Part shown: positions 1 through 9,987 of the stretch, piece after piece
How the letters are laid out: every line of letters starts with the position of its first letter
How positions within the stretch are numbered: the stretch's first letter is position 1
Assembly: GCA_030530925.1 (NCBI GenBank)
Contig: JAUMUA010000003.1
Location: 17,366 to 81,365 of the forward strand
Length of the DNA: 64,000 bases
From: Rothia sp. (in: high G+C Gram-positive bacteria)
GTDB taxonomy: Bacteria > Actinomycetota > Actinomycetes > Actinomycetales > Micrococcaceae
Direction of reading: 5' to 3'
Program-made: the position numbers and the translations under genes
Notes under the pieces: model-generated
Databases searched by the model: none
Told to the model about the DNA's origin: nothing
The model's input: only the letters and a program-made list of their open reading frames with translations

Positions 1-1050
1 ACCGTAGCGCGTGGCATGGCGAACGACGTCATGATTTGATAGAACCCAGGTACTCGAAGAACCGGATTTTGCCGCCAGTTCAAGATTCTGAGTCACAATC
101 TTTTTGAATTCACTCGCCACAAATCGTGCGGTGAGCAAATCAAAGTTGAATGCCTGCCCCAAACCATCGGGTGATGCGTAAGCGGGTACACGTTCACTAG
201 CAACCCAGGCTTCTGCCACAGCGGTACGCGGTGGGTTATATTCATTGAATACTTCCCTCCATTCACGGTAGATCTGCTTGGTTTCGTCGCGATCCCAAAT
301 GGGGTGCTTGCCCTCTAGCTGAGTGATGGTGTGCAACTGCGCTTCGGTAGGCAGATCTTCGTTCTTTTCTGCCAAATCTTTAGTAAGTGCGTGCGCAACG
401 TCAATTCGGAACCCGTCGACCCCACGGTCAGACCAGAAACGCAAGGTCTTCTTGAAGTCCTCGTGCACTTCGGGGTTATTCCAGTTCAAATCAGGCTGCT
501 CTGGTGCGAAGAGATGCAGGTACCACTGACCATCCTCTACCTGCTCCCAGGCGGACCCACCAAAGATTGCAACCCAATCCGAAGGTGCTAGTTCGCCGTT
601 TTCACCGTTACCTTCGCGGAAAATATAGCGTTCACGCTCGGGTGATCCGCGCCCTGCTTTGAGGGCGGCTTGAAACCATTCGTGCTGGTCAGAGGTATGG
701 TTTGGAACAATATCTACCACCAGTTTGATGCCGGCTTCTTTGAGAGTTGCCGCCATCGCGTCAAAGTCGTCCAGCGTGCCAATTTTAGGGTCGACGTCGC
801 GGTAATTCGCGACATCGTAACCGCCGTCCGCCAACTCTGAAGGGTAAAAGGGTGAGAGCCAGACGGCGTCCACCCCGAGCTCTTTTAGGTACGGTACGCG
901 TGAGGTAATACCCTTCAAATCGCCGATAGTGTTGCCGTCTTGATCGGCAAAGGAACGAGGATAAATTTGATAAACGACCGCTTGACGCCACCAATCGGGG
1001 TCAATTCCTAGAGGGGTTTCAAAGTTCTCGCCGTTGAGATTCTCAGCCAT
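1..1050 (-). CDS. Glycoside hydrolase family 13 alpha-glucosidase (3' end runs off window)
   Basis: Manual translation from ATG 1050: MAENLNGENFETPLGIDPDWWRQAVVYQIYPRSFADQDGNTIGDLKGITSRVPYLKELGVDAVWLSPFYPS...DGGYDV, typical GH13 N-terminus; absent from ORF track because it is truncated. Confidence 0.92.
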   Translation of the reverse strand, partial: MAENLNGENFETPLGIDPDWWRQAVVYQIYPRSFADQDGNTIGDLKGITSRVPYLKELGVDAVWLSPFYPSELADGGYDVANYRDVDPKIGTLDDFDAMAATLKEAGIKLVVDIVPNHTSDQHEWFQAALKAGRGSPERERYIFREGNGENGELAPSDWVAIFGGSAWEQVEDGQWYLHLFAPEQPDLNWNNPEVHEDFKKTLRFWSDRGVDGFRIDVAHALTKDLAEKNEDLPTEAQLHTITQLEGKHPIWDRDETKQIYREWREVFNEYNPPRTAVAEAWVASERVPAYASPDGLGQAFNFDLLTARFVASEFKKIVTQNLELAAKSGSSSTWVLSNHDVVRHATRYG

Positions 1051-1182
1051 GTCTCTCCAATCAATAGGGTTTACTTAACGCTATCGAAGAGGTGGTGGTA
1101 ACAAAAGACCCGGGCTCCCTTAATGCGTACCAGATTACGGTATTAAGTTCGGGCGAGGGGCAGCCCGCATAACATGATGAAT

Positions 1183-1953
1183 TTATCGTACTGGCTGCAA
1201 TCCATGCGGAAAGATTGCATACACCAAACAGGCAGTAGTGGTACCCAAAGTGAGTCCCGCCAGTACGTCCGAGCCCCAATGCACACCCACGTAGAGACGC
1301 GAACAGGCGACGGTGAACATCAACACTGTAAGCAAAATCCCTACTATCCAGCGAGCGCGGTGATTCAACACCGCATAGCACGCGAGAAAAACAGAAACGC
1401 ACAGTGCTGCGATACCGGTAGAGTGCCCACTGGGGAATGAGAACGTGGTTTCGTTAATCAGGCGATCGACCAAGGGTGGGCGTTGGCGGTCCAGAATATT
1501 TTTAACGAGCACCATAGCTCCCGAGGAGAGCAACATAGTGAGACCAATGGTGAGAAGCGGCCACCACGATTTGCGCCACCATCCGATCAGCACAATCGCT
1601 ACCACTGCATAGGCACAGTCAGGCAGGGTATTAAAACCAGAGGTGAAAATTTCGATCGGACGGTTTGCCCAGTTTTCGCGCTCTGTAACAAAGAGGTTCC
1701 AGATAAAGCTATCGACCGGGTTCTGGGGGTTGCGCACGTTCACCAGTAGTAACCCCATAAAGAGAAGCAACCCTGCAACGGTGATAGCGAGCAGGCGCAC
1801 CCGGTGAAATTGTTGCACGAGGGCTAGGCGCGCCTGCGTATCGTCCAAACCGCGCACGTATTCACGAGTGGCACTGGGGGCTGTCGCTTTCGCTTCGCCA
1901 CCTGTCAAGGGGCCTTGCAAGTGCTTGGTATGCACTGTTTTGACTGAGTTCAT
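1183..1953 (-). CDS. PAP2-family membrane phosphatase (undecaprenyl-PP phosphatase-like)
   Basis: KNILDRQRP, SFPSGH and SRLYVGVHWGSDV PAP2 motifs; several TM segments. Confidence 0.9.
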   Translation of the reverse strand: MNSVKTVHTKHLQGPLTGGEAKATAPSATREYVRGLDDTQARLALVQQFHRVRLLAITVAGLLLFMGLLLVNVRNPQNPVDSFIWNLFVTERENWANRPIEIFTSGFNTLPDCAYAVVAIVLIGWWRKSWWPLLTIGLTMLLSSGAMVLVKNILDRQRPPLVDRLINETTFSFPSGHSTGIAALCVSVFLACYAVLNHRARWIVGILLTVLMFTVACSRLYVGVHWGSDVLAGLTLGTTTACLVYAIFPHGLQPVR

Positions 1954-1967
1954 GGGTTATTTCTTTC

Positions 1968-2573
1968 TTAGTCGTGAGTTCTTTTCGCGGCAAAAAACTG
2001 TAAAACTACCGGGGTGAGCGAGACAGCAATAATCCCCACCACAATCAAATCAATGTGATCGCGAATGAATCCGATTTGTCCCAAGAAATGCCCCGCTACT
2101 GGTAGCACTGTTCCCCACGCAATTGCTCCAAGGACGTTCCATTTGATGAACGTGGCTCGGGACATACCATTGATGCCTGCGAGCACGGGAACTATGGTGC
2201 GCACGACAGGCACGAAGCGAGCGATAATCACGGTACGGGAACCGTATTTAGCAAAATATTCGCGGGCACTGTTGATGCGTTGCACACCAATCATACGGCC
2301 AGCACGGGAGCGCAAAACGGCTGGCCCGGTTGATGCGCCGATTTGGTAACCTACTTGATCTCCTGAGAAGGCGGCAATAATACTGACGAGAAGTAAGAGC
2401 CACAGCGGCGCCACCGGGTTTTCACCACCGGTCATCAGCCCGGCGATAAAGAGGAGAGAGTCGCCGGGTAAAAAGAATCCCATGAGAATTCCTGTTTCGG
2501 CAAAGAGCACGACGGCTACGCCCAGTAGTCCGAAGGTTCCAATGAGATGAGCGGGGTCTAAAAATGAGCTCAT
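1968..2573 (-). CDS. DedA family membrane protein
   Basis: FAETG..GFFLPGDSLL and ARFVPVVRT motifs; start MSSFLDP at 2573 overlaps the upstream stop (ATGA). Confidence 0.9.
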   Translation of the reverse strand: MSSFLDPAHLIGTFGLLGVAVVLFAETGILMGFFLPGDSLLFIAGLMTGGENPVAPLWLLLLVSIIAAFSGDQVGYQIGASTGPAVLRSRAGRMIGVQRINSAREYFAKYGSRTVIIARFVPVVRTIVPVLAGINGMSRATFIKWNVLGAIAWGTVLPVAGHFLGQIGFIRDHIDLIVVGIIAVSLTPVVLQFFAAKRTHD

Positions 2574-3382
2574 ACTACTTTTTCTTGTGCTTTCTGATGT
2601 GCGGGGATGATGGTGAAGAGGGTCTCGGTAATCCAGAACCAGGCGATAGTAGCAGAGACGCCCAGTGCCGCGCCGGCAAAGACGTCGGTGCTCCAGTGCG
2701 CGGCAACGTAGATACGTGAGGTGCACACCAACACAGCCAAGATGGTGGATGCCGCTGTAATGAGCCGCGTCATAGGACGGCTTCCACCGGCGAGGTAGAG
2801 CCCTAAACATAGTGCGGTTGCAAGAGCCGCGATTCCGGTGGCGTGGCCCGAAGGGAACGAAAGATCGGTTTCGTGAACGATTTGGTACGCCAGTTCAGGA
2901 CGGGCGCGACCCACCAGGTGTTTGATGACTTGCCCCAGAACGCTAGTTACTCCCACTCCCCCAAAGATAGCGAACCAGAGCTTGAAACTGCGTTGTGTCA
3001 CGGCGAAGAGAGTAGCCACAACAAAGGAGTAGACCACCATCAGGGCGGGGGTAAAAGCAGTGGTGAGAGCCAACATGAGCGCAGAAATCCCAGCGGTGCG
3101 TATGCCCATACTCCAACTCAGAACACCCAAATCAAGAGGTTGCGCAACACCTGTTGCAACCAAGGCAATCAACGCCACTAAAAAGATACCTGATGCGATC
3201 ATCAAAGCCCGCTGAGGCGCGGTTGGTAACACGGAAAGACGAGCTGAACCGGCACGGTTAACGTGTGCCTGTCGTTTTAGGGCAACTTCTCTTCGGAGAA
3301 CTTCTTTGCGAGCAACTGTCTTGTTAGTAACCGTGCACTGTTGCACCGTAGGTAGTTTTTTGTGGGTGATGTTTTGGGTCAT
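2570..3382 (-). CDS. PAP2-family membrane phosphatase
   Basis: KHLVGRARP, SFPSGH and SRIYVAAHWSTDV motifs. Confidence 0.9.
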   Translation of the reverse strand: MTQNITHKKLPTVQQCTVTNKTVARKEVLRREVALKRQAHVNRAGSARLSVLPTAPQRALMIASGIFLVALIALVATGVAQPLDLGVLSWSMGIRTAGISALMLALTTAFTPALMVVYSFVVATLFAVTQRSFKLWFAIFGGVGVTSVLGQVIKHLVGRARPELAYQIVHETDLSFPSGHATGIAALATALCLGLYLAGGSRPMTRLITAASTILAVLVCTSRIYVAAHWSTDVFAGAALGVSATIAWFWITETLFTIIPAHQKAQEKVV

Positions 3383-3405
3383 GGCATAAGGTTCGCAAAT
3401 TGTTC

Positions 3406-3422
3406 CTGAAGTTTTGCTGAAG
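3406..3422. promoter_or_regulatory. Tandem direct repeat CTGAAG-N5-CTGAAG, candidate OmpR-family regulator site
   Basis: Two hexamers 11 bp apart between the divergent PAP2 operon and the kinase. Confidence 0.45.
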
Positions 3423-3487
3423 AAGGTTTTCAGCTATCGTGCCTAAGCACCTCACAAGACATGCAGGGGTGCGGTAGCGTGGGTGGC

Positions 3488-4978
3488 GTGAATCTATTGC
3501 ACCCTTCTGCTTCTTGGTCAGAGAGCACGTTGAATAACAGTTTGCTTCGCCGTTTTGGGTCGATTCCTGCTCGTGCCGGATTACTGTCAGCGGTTGTTGC
3601 GGCACTGGCGGGTGTGTTGATTTCTGCAGCGGCTCTGGGGGCATTGTATTTTTCGTTGCACGGCAGTATTCAGCAGAATTTACAGAGCAGACTCAGCACG
3701 TTAGCTACTCAAAATAGTTCCGTTTCGGCACTTTCTGCCGGGGCGCAGGAGACCGGGGCGGGCATCGATTTGGTGGCTCTTTTTAATTCTTCCGGGGTGG
3801 TGAGTCAGAGCAGTTCGGTGACCAACCCGAGCTATCCTAGAGATATTTTTTCAGCGGTGCCGCAGGACGGCGTCGCACATTCGGTTGAGGGCATTAGCGC
3901 AGGTGACACCGAGTTTCATGCGCTAGCGCAGCGTATTGATGTGCAGGGGCATGAATACGTGATAGTTGCAGGAATCGAAGCCGATCAAGACCGCGCTTTG
4001 TATGTGCTGGCTGGCAGTATTTTGGCGCTGACAGTGCCTTTTTTTGCTATCTTATGTGGCTTGCTCACTCAGCGTTCAGTGCGCTCTTCACTCGCCCCGG
4101 TAGAGAGCATCCGCACTGAGGTCGAGGCGATTACCTCAGCAGAACTTTCCCGCAGAGTCTCTGAACCACGTACTGACGATGAGATTGCAGCACTTGCACA
4201 CACCATGAATTCCATGCTGGAACGCCTCGATAACGCCCATAAATCTCAGTTACGTTTTCTGGGAGACGCCTCTCATGAATTACGCAGTCCCATCGCCACC
4301 ATCTCGGGCTTGGTAGAAATTTCTCAACTAACCGCCGAGCCGATTGATTTGCCCTCGATCGAGCACATTCTTGCCCCCGAAGCCACACGCATGCAACGGC
4401 TAGTTGATGATTTACTCGCTTCTGCTTCGGCGCAGGACGAAGGCGCACCGCGGGAAGAAGTAGATTTAGACGACGTCGTGCTGGCAGAGCAACAGCGGTT
4501 GCGAGCGCTTCACCCCGAGATCACCATAGACGGCACCATTACCCCGGTTCGAGTGCTCGGTGTGCCCGATGCGCTACTGCGCGTGGTTCGCAACCTCGCT
4601 GATAACGCACTGAAGTATTGTGTGGCGCATGTCAGAATTTCTTTACATCAAAGCGGTGATTTTGCGGTGATTTCGGTGCAGGACGACGGCGCCGGGATCC
4701 CCGATTCCGCCAAGGAGCTGGTGCTGACCCGCTTTGGACGAACCGACGCATCACGCAATCGCGCCACGGGCGGCGCTGGCTTGGGGTTAGCTATTGTGAA
4801 TGATATTGTGAACGCTCACCACGGCAGTATCACCGTACATGATTCGCCCTTAGGCGGCGCCCACTTTGAGATCAAACTGTCATGTGCCTCCACGGTTAAT
4901 TTTCGGGCTGAACTCTTGAACACCAAGACTTCAGCCACTGACCCTTCTGATACCGAATCAACTACTCCCCGGTGCTGA
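3488..4978 (+). CDS. HAMP-domain sensor histidine kinase
   Basis: Two TM segments, HAMP, H-box DASHELRSP, NLADNA, DDGAG and GAGLGL boxes; start uncertain (3461 or GTG 3488). Confidence 0.92.
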   Translation: MNLLHPSASWSESTLNNSLLRRFGSIPARAGLLSAVVAALAGVLISAAALGALYFSLHGSIQQNLQSRLSTLATQNSSVSALSAGAQETGAGIDLVALFNSSGVVSQSSSVTNPSYPRDIFSAVPQDGVAHSVEGISAGDTEFHALAQRIDVQGHEYVIVAGIEADQDRALYVLAGSILALTVPFFAILCGLLTQRSVRSSLAPVESIRTEVEAITSAELSRRVSEPRTDDEIAALAHTMNSMLERLDNAHKSQLRFLGDASHELRSPIATISGLVEISQLTAEPIDLPSIEHILAPEATRMQRLVDDLLASASAQDEGAPREEVDLDDVVLAEQQRLRALHPEITIDGTITPVRVLGVPDALLRVVRNLADNALKYCVAHVRISLHQSGDFAVISVQDDGAGIPDSAKELVLTRFGRTDASRNRATGGAGLGLAIVNDIVNAHHGSITVHDSPLGGAHFEIKLSCASTVNFRAELLNTKTSATDPSDTESTTPRC

Positions 4979-5636
4979 GCATATACCCGCGCCCGCGAAT
5001 AGTTTTGAGAGTTTGGGTACCAAACGGAACGTCGATTTTGCGGCGCAGGTGCCCGGCGTAAACCTCCACAATATTGGGATCACCCTCATACGCCGAGTCC
5101 CATACGTTATTGAGAATATCGAGTTTAGAACACACGCTTTCGGCATGGCGCGCCAAGTATTCCAGAACCGCAAATTCACGCGAGGTCAGCTCAATGGCGG
5201 CTCCCTCCCGCTGAACGGTGTGTTTAGCAGGATCCAGGTGTAGTGTGCCCACTTCAATCACCACCGGACGAGGCACCACAGCTCGCCGCGTCAGCGCGTG
5301 CAGACGAGCGTTGAGCACCACAAACGAGAACGGTTTAGTCAGGTAATCGTCCGCGCCAAGCTCAAAAGCATCTGCCTGATCGTACTCGCCGTCTTTCGCT
5401 GTCAGCATCAGAACAGGTGTCCAGATTTCACGAGCTCGCATATTTTTTAGCACATCATAGCCATTCATGAGCGGCATGCGGATATCACATACCACTACGT
5501 CAAAGGTGGTTTCTGTGGCTGCCCACAACCCGCCCTCACCGTTACTTTGGGTCTCAACAACCCACCCTAATGCGGTGAGTCCCTTGACGAGCGTGGCAAC
5601 TAGCGCGGCGTCGTCCTCGATGACCAGAACTTTCAT
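4962..5636 (-). CDS. OmpR-family response regulator
   Basis: MKVLVIEDD, DIRMP, GADDYLTKPF receiver motifs; winged-helix end TIRGRGY. Confidence 0.93.
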   Translation of the reverse strand: MKVLVIEDDAALVATLVKGLTALGWVVETQSNGEGGLWAATETTFDVVVCDIRMPLMNGYDVLKNMRAREIWTPVLMLTAKDGEYDQADAFELGADDYLTKPFSFVVLNARLHALTRRAVVPRPVVIEVGTLHLDPAKHTVQREGAAIELTSREFAVLEYLARHAESVCSKLDILNNVWDSAYEGDPNIVEVYAGHLRRKIDVPFGTQTLKTIRGRGYMLSTGE

Positions 5637-5660
5637 GGTTCCCTTTCGAATCAACCACCG

Positions 5661-6980
5661 CTAGAGCAAAAAGAAACTTTCGACGGCGCGGGTAAGATAG
5701 GCGGCATCGTTCACGTGGCACATTTCGCGTGCTGAGTGCATAGAAAGCAGCCCTACCCCGACGTCGATAGTGCGCACCCCTAGGCGGGTTGCAGTGATCG
5801 GACCAATGGTTGAACCACACGGCACGTTGTTATTAGATACGAATTCTTGATACGGCACCCCGGCTTTGGCACATGCCATGTTAAAGATTCCAGCACCCAC
5901 CGAATCGGTGGCATAGCGTTGGTTCGCGTTGATTTTCAACAACGGCCCGTTGCCCGCAGTGGGTCGATTGGTGACGTCGTGCATTGCCGAATAGTTGGGG
6001 TGAACCAGGTGCCCCGCGTCTGCAGAAAGGCACACCGAATGAGCCAGTGATCTGCGGTATTGCTCGGGGCTTTCCCCGCGCGCATTCGAGAGCCGAACCA
6101 AAATATCTTCAAGGAATGGTCCTGCTGCACCTGAGCGACTACCTGAACCGATTTCTTCGTGATCGAATGCAGCAAGCATCACGGTGTGCTCACTGTTTTG
6201 TGCGCTCTCACTTGCCGTAAAGCGTTCTAGCGCGGTGAGTCCTGCATGCACCGAGGACAGATTATCTAATCGACCTGAAGCAAAAAATTCGTCCCCTGCA
6301 CCAAAGGTGCGTGGCTCTTGGGAGTCGGCAAAGAGAAGGTCGTACCCTACGACGTCGGCGGGGTTGATGAGTTCGCGCTCGCCTAACTCGTTGTACGCAT
6401 ATTGCGAGATGTACCCCAGCACGTCGTTATCGGTGGCGTTGGTTGACCACACGGGGTATATGTTGTTTTGTTTATCGAGCGTTAGCCCTTCATTGGCGCT
6501 GCGATCTAGGTGAATGGCAAGTTGTGGAACACGGGCAATGGGCCCGGTGCACACGAGGTAATCACGCAATTCATTCCCCTTGTGAACGGTTAACCGTCCT
6601 GCCAGGCGCAATTCGCGGTCTAGCCAGGAGTTCAATAGCGGACCACCATAGATTTCCACGCCGATTTGGTTCCAGCCAAAGCTTGCCAGCGAGGAATGCG
6701 GTTTAACTTTGAGACTCGGTGAATCAGTGTGCGTGCCTAGAATTCGATACCCAGATCCGGTGCTACCTGTACCGCCAGCCCAGGCAATCACGGCGCCGTC
6801 GCGCACTACAAAGTGATTGTTAAAAGCTACCGTTGAATCCCATTGATTGGTTTCGTGCAGTTCGGTAAAACCGACGGCGCCAAGACGGCGGGCAACTTCA
6901 CGTGCGGCATGAAAGCTGGTGGGGGAAGCGGAGACGAACTCGGCAAGGTCTCGAATATTTTTTTGAGCGTCTACAGTCAT
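5661..6980 (-). CDS. M18 family aspartyl aminopeptidase
   Basis: SPTSFHA, HTDSP, GRLDNL, DHEEIGS, CGSTIGP and MHSARE motifs. Confidence 0.93.
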   Translation of the reverse strand: MTVDAQKNIRDLAEFVSASPTSFHAAREVARRLGAVGFTELHETNQWDSTVAFNNHFVVRDGAVIAWAGGTGSTGSGYRILGTHTDSPSLKVKPHSSLASFGWNQIGVEIYGGPLLNSWLDRELRLAGRLTVHKGNELRDYLVCTGPIARVPQLAIHLDRSANEGLTLDKQNNIYPVWSTNATDNDVLGYISQYAYNELGERELINPADVVGYDLLFADSQEPRTFGAGDEFFASGRLDNLSSVHAGLTALERFTASESAQNSEHTVMLAAFDHEEIGSGSRSGAAGPFLEDILVRLSNARGESPEQYRRSLAHSVCLSADAGHLVHPNYSAMHDVTNRPTAGNGPLLKINANQRYATDSVGAGIFNMACAKAGVPYQEFVSNNNVPCGSTIGPITATRLGVRTIDVGVGLLSMHSAREMCHVNDAAYLTRAVESFFLL

Positions 6981-7113
6981 AGCTTCTAGTGTAACGAGCA
7001 GATTTTATAAGAAACTGAGAAAACCTTTAAAAGTGGGGCGGTGTAACAATCACCAGCTGACGAAACACATTTCATAAGTAATAGGATTATCTGGCAATAT
7101 TGCTAAAGGATTG

Positions 7114-7142
7114 TTTACATTGGCAAAATTGCGTTGTAGTCT
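7114..7142 (+). promoter_or_regulatory. SigA-type promoter TTTACA-N17-TAGTCT
   Basis: Near-consensus -35 and TANNNT -10 with 17 bp spacer; no sizeable + strand CDS downstream. Confidence 0.5.
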
Positions 7143-7148
7143 ATACAA

Positions 7149-7306
7149 ACAGATACGTGGTTTGAGATGAGTCCTCGTATCGACCCTAAATAAATATGGA
7201 ATGTAAATGTTTTGTGTATGCGAACTCAAAACATCCTCTCATGAGAGGTCTAAAGCATTTCCCCCAGTTATCCCCGCTCTTTCCCCTAAGGCGGGGATAA
7301 CATTTT
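7149..7306 (+). ncRNA. Candidate small RNA with C-rich motifs
   Basis: Lies between a promoter and the hairpin GTTATCCCCGC...GCGGGGATAAC-ATTTTT; 5' hairpin GATACG..CGTATC; only an 8-codon ORF noticed. Confidence 0.4.
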
Positions 7307-7407
7307 TAAGTTGCTGAAGAACTTGTACCAGCATCTGAACCTGTTGTCATAAAAGCTGAAATCATGGCGAGCTATTCATCGGCAGGGGGTATACCAGCGA
7401 GCATCTT

Positions 7408-8430
7408 CTACGATGCCCGCTGATGTGCTCTAAGTTGCTTCCAGCGCTTGGGTGAGATCACGACGTTGAAGACTGAGCTTCGCGCAATTCCTACTTTTCG
7501 GGCGGCAAAAGCCACCACGAGAACCAGCAGGAGCTCAAGCGCAGTCGCCCACAGGAAGTCCCCTACCGAGGAGCCTTCTTGTGCAAATGGATCCACCATG
7601 CCCAGCACACCCATTACCATCAGGTAAAGATTATTTACCACATGCATAGCAATGCCGGCTTCTAGGCCGCCGGTGTACCACGCCAAAAAACCTGCCGCTA
7701 AACCCATCACTAAGATTGAGGCCTGGCCCCAAAATGTGTAATCATGTCCCAACATAAAGAGCGGGGCAGGAATAATAATTGCCCACGCTGGGTGTTTGAG
7801 CCAGCGCCCAATGGCTTGCATCAGATATCCGCGGAACACGAGTTCCTCGGCGTAGCACTGCACCGGAACTACCACAAAGACAAGCACCATCATCCAAATC
7901 AGCAACGATGCCGAGATGTGCGCTTGGCCTTGTAGTGGCTCTCCCGAGAGTATCTGAACCACCACAGGAATCATTACGTACAGAACTATTGCAATGCCCA
8001 TGCACAACGCCAGCCAGCTCCACCGCATGCGCGATGCCACCGAGTGCACCAACCCCCACGGTTGAGGGCCCACAATTAACCGCGCCAATAAAAGCGAGGG
8101 AAACATGACTACAATCGAGCCGAACATCAGCAAAAAGATGGCGGGATCTTTGAGCGAGTTAGTTTGCAAATAACTCAGCGTCAGATTAGAGGTATCACCG
8201 CCGGTTGCGATGGCGTACCCGGCATAGGCAAACCCCACAGCCACCGAAAAAATGAGAAAGAAAAGCGCTCCTAGGGCACCTTCAGCCAAAGGCGACCACC
8301 AACGGGTGCGCGAATCGGCATGAGAAAGTCGGTGATATTCCAGCTCTTTGAGCTCATGCGGGGGTTGAAAAGGGGCACCGGGTGCTGGGGGTTGAACCCA
8401 GGGGGCATATTGATGGTTCGGTTCGGTCAT
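7408..8430 (-). CDS. CPBP (Abi/CAAX) intramembrane metalloprotease
   Basis: EELVFRGY, LFMLGH and IAMHVVNN motifs. Confidence 0.88.
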   Translation of the reverse strand: MTEPNHQYAPWVQPPAPGAPFQPPHELKELEYHRLSHADSRTRWWSPLAEGALGALFFLIFSVAVGFAYAGYAIATGGDTSNLTLSYLQTNSLKDPAIFLLMFGSIVVMFPSLLLARLIVGPQPWGLVHSVASRMRWSWLALCMGIAIVLYVMIPVVVQILSGEPLQGQAHISASLLIWMMVLVFVVVPVQCYAEELVFRGYLMQAIGRWLKHPAWAIIIPAPLFMLGHDYTFWGQASILVMGLAAGFLAWYTGGLEAGIAMHVVNNLYLMVMGVLGMVDPFAQEGSSVGDFLWATALELLLVLVVAFAARKVGIARSSVFNVVISPKRWKQLRAHQRAS

Positions 8431-8517
8431 AGGTTAAGCCTAGTCAATAGACGCAGGCTGAGCATCGTTTGAGCGGACGAGCGCCGCGGCGTCCTCATGA
8501 CGCCGGGTTTTAAGCGC

Positions 8518-8579
8518 AATAATCCCGCCTTGTCCCTCAGAGTGTAAAGTCTGAGAGAGTCAAAGACGGGATTATTTTT
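8518..8579. terminator. Intrinsic terminator downstream of ahpD
   Basis: AATAATCCCG...CGGGATTATTTTT long imperfect hairpin. Confidence 0.6.
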
Positions 8580-8633
8580 ATATCAACTCAGTAGCAAGAT
8601 TTTTATAAATAAAATCTTAGCTTTAAGTTGCTA

Positions 8634-9167
8634 TTAGTTACCGAGCGCCTCAGCAAGCTGAATGCCTTGGGCAACGCCGGCAAGAGTTGATGCAATACGC
8701 AGAGCTTCGTTGACCTGTTCTTTAGTCATACCCTCTTCACGAACGGTATGTTCGTGTGCTGATACGCAGTGGGAGCAACCGTTGACTGCTGAAACAGCGA
8801 GTGAGAAGAATTCGAAGTCAACTTTTTCAATACCCCCGGACTTACCAATAATCTGCATACGCAAGTTCGCACGCTGATCGTCGTAAGCCCCCTCCAGGAA
8901 TCCGCGGGTGCGGTAGAGAACGTTGTTCATACCCATAATGGTTGCGGCACCTAAAGCGGCATTGTATGCCTCGTCGGAGAGATGCTGCTTGGCTTCTTCA
9001 GCGATTTCAACTATTACTGAATCAACCTTGGTTGCCGCTGCGGTTGCCAAAATAGTGCCCCAGAGCTGCTGCTCTGAAAGGGAACCGATGCGAGTCAACG
9101 ATGAGAGGTTGAGGTTCATGTCCTTCGCGTAGGAAGGTAGTGCTGAACGGAGATTTTCAATGCTCAT
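8634..9167 (-). CDS. ahpD: Alkyl hydroperoxide reductase AhpD
   Basis: [15 protein letters not shown] CxxC motif; coupled to ahpC. Confidence 0.93.
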   Translation of the reverse strand: MSIENLRSALPSYAKDMNLNLSSLTRIGSLSEQQLWGTILATAAATKVDSVIVEIAEEAKQHLSDEAYNAALGAATIMGMNNVLYRTRGFLEGAYDDQRANLRMQIIGKSGGIEKVDFEFFSLAVSAVNGCSHCVSAHEHTVREEGMTKEQVNEALRIASTLAGVAQGIQLAEALGN

Positions 9168-9757
9168 TATTTATCGCCACCCATTTCTTTGAAAGCGTCG
9201 ATGGTTGCTGCGCCCTTTTTCCAGTTACATGCGCAGAGTTCATCTGACTGCAGTGCGTCGAGCTGGCGCAAGATTTCATCGGTGTTACGACCAACAGAAT
9301 CAGCGGTAATAGATACCGACTGAATAGTGTTATTGGGATCAATAATGAAGGTTGCGCGGTCTGCTACACCCGCGGCGTTCTTGATACCCAAAGCGGAGAC
9401 GAGCTCGCGGTTAAGGTCTGATGCCATCACGATGGGCAAGTCCTGCAGTTCTTCATGCGAACGGCGCCATGCGTAGTGGGTATATTCGTTATCGACTGAT
9501 ACGCCAATAACCTGGGTGTCGCGTGCTTCGAACTCATCAGCAAGCTTACCGAATGCTGCGATTTCGGTGGGGCATACGAAGGTGAAGTCTTTAGGCCAGA
9601 AGAAAACGACGCGCCACTGGTCTTCATCAAGATTCTTTGAGGAAACCTGGGTGAAGTAATCTTCGGGCTGCTGTGCGTCAACCTTGGAAAGGTCGCCGGG
9701 AATAACACCGGTGAGGTCGTATTCGGGGAACTGATCGCCAATAGTTAGAACGGGCAT
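9167..9757 (-). CDS. ahpC: Peroxiredoxin AhpC
   Basis: [14 protein letters not shown] and C-terminal ELCACNW of the mycobacterial AhpC type. Confidence 0.95.
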   Translation of the reverse strand: MPVLTIGDQFPEYDLTGVIPGDLSKVDAQQPEDYFTQVSSKNLDEDQWRVVFFWPKDFTFVCPTEIAAFGKLADEFEARDTQVIGVSVDNEYTHYAWRRSHEELQDLPIVMASDLNRELVSALGIKNAAGVADRATFIIDPNNTIQSVSITADSVGRNTDEILRQLDALQSDELCACNWKKGAATIDAFKEMGGDK

Positions 9758-9847
9758 AATCTCACGCTTTCTATGAAAGTGGATCCGCTACTATGTGCGG
9801 ACTTCTTACAAGCTTTTACCGGTGTGGTTTAGCTACAACTCCATACT

Positions 9848-9866
9848 ATTATGAATTACTCATAAT
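9848..9866. promoter_or_regulatory. Inverted repeat ATTATGA-N5-TCATAAT upstream of ahpC (peroxide regulator site?)
   Basis: Perfect 7 bp inverted repeat about 90 bp upstream of ahpC. Confidence 0.35.
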
Positions 9867-9909
9867 AACTACCTAATAAAAAGTGGTATATATCACTTTA
9901 GAGTTGGGT

Positions 9910-9948
9910 AAAACAAAAGCGGTCGCACAACATCTCTGTTGCGCGACC
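9910..9948 (-). terminator. Terminator of the sdh/DASS operon
   Basis: GGTCGCACAACA/TGTTGCGCGACC hairpin followed on - strand by a T-rich run. Confidence 0.6.
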
Positions 9949-9987
9949 ACCCTTTCTTTGAGCTAGGCCCTCAATAATGGCAGCAAA

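Noticed and set aside
785-994. 69 aa ORF suggesting a frameshift in the GH13 gene
   Set aside because: Manual translation from ATG 1050 gives an uninterrupted GH13 N-terminus; this ORF is just another frame.
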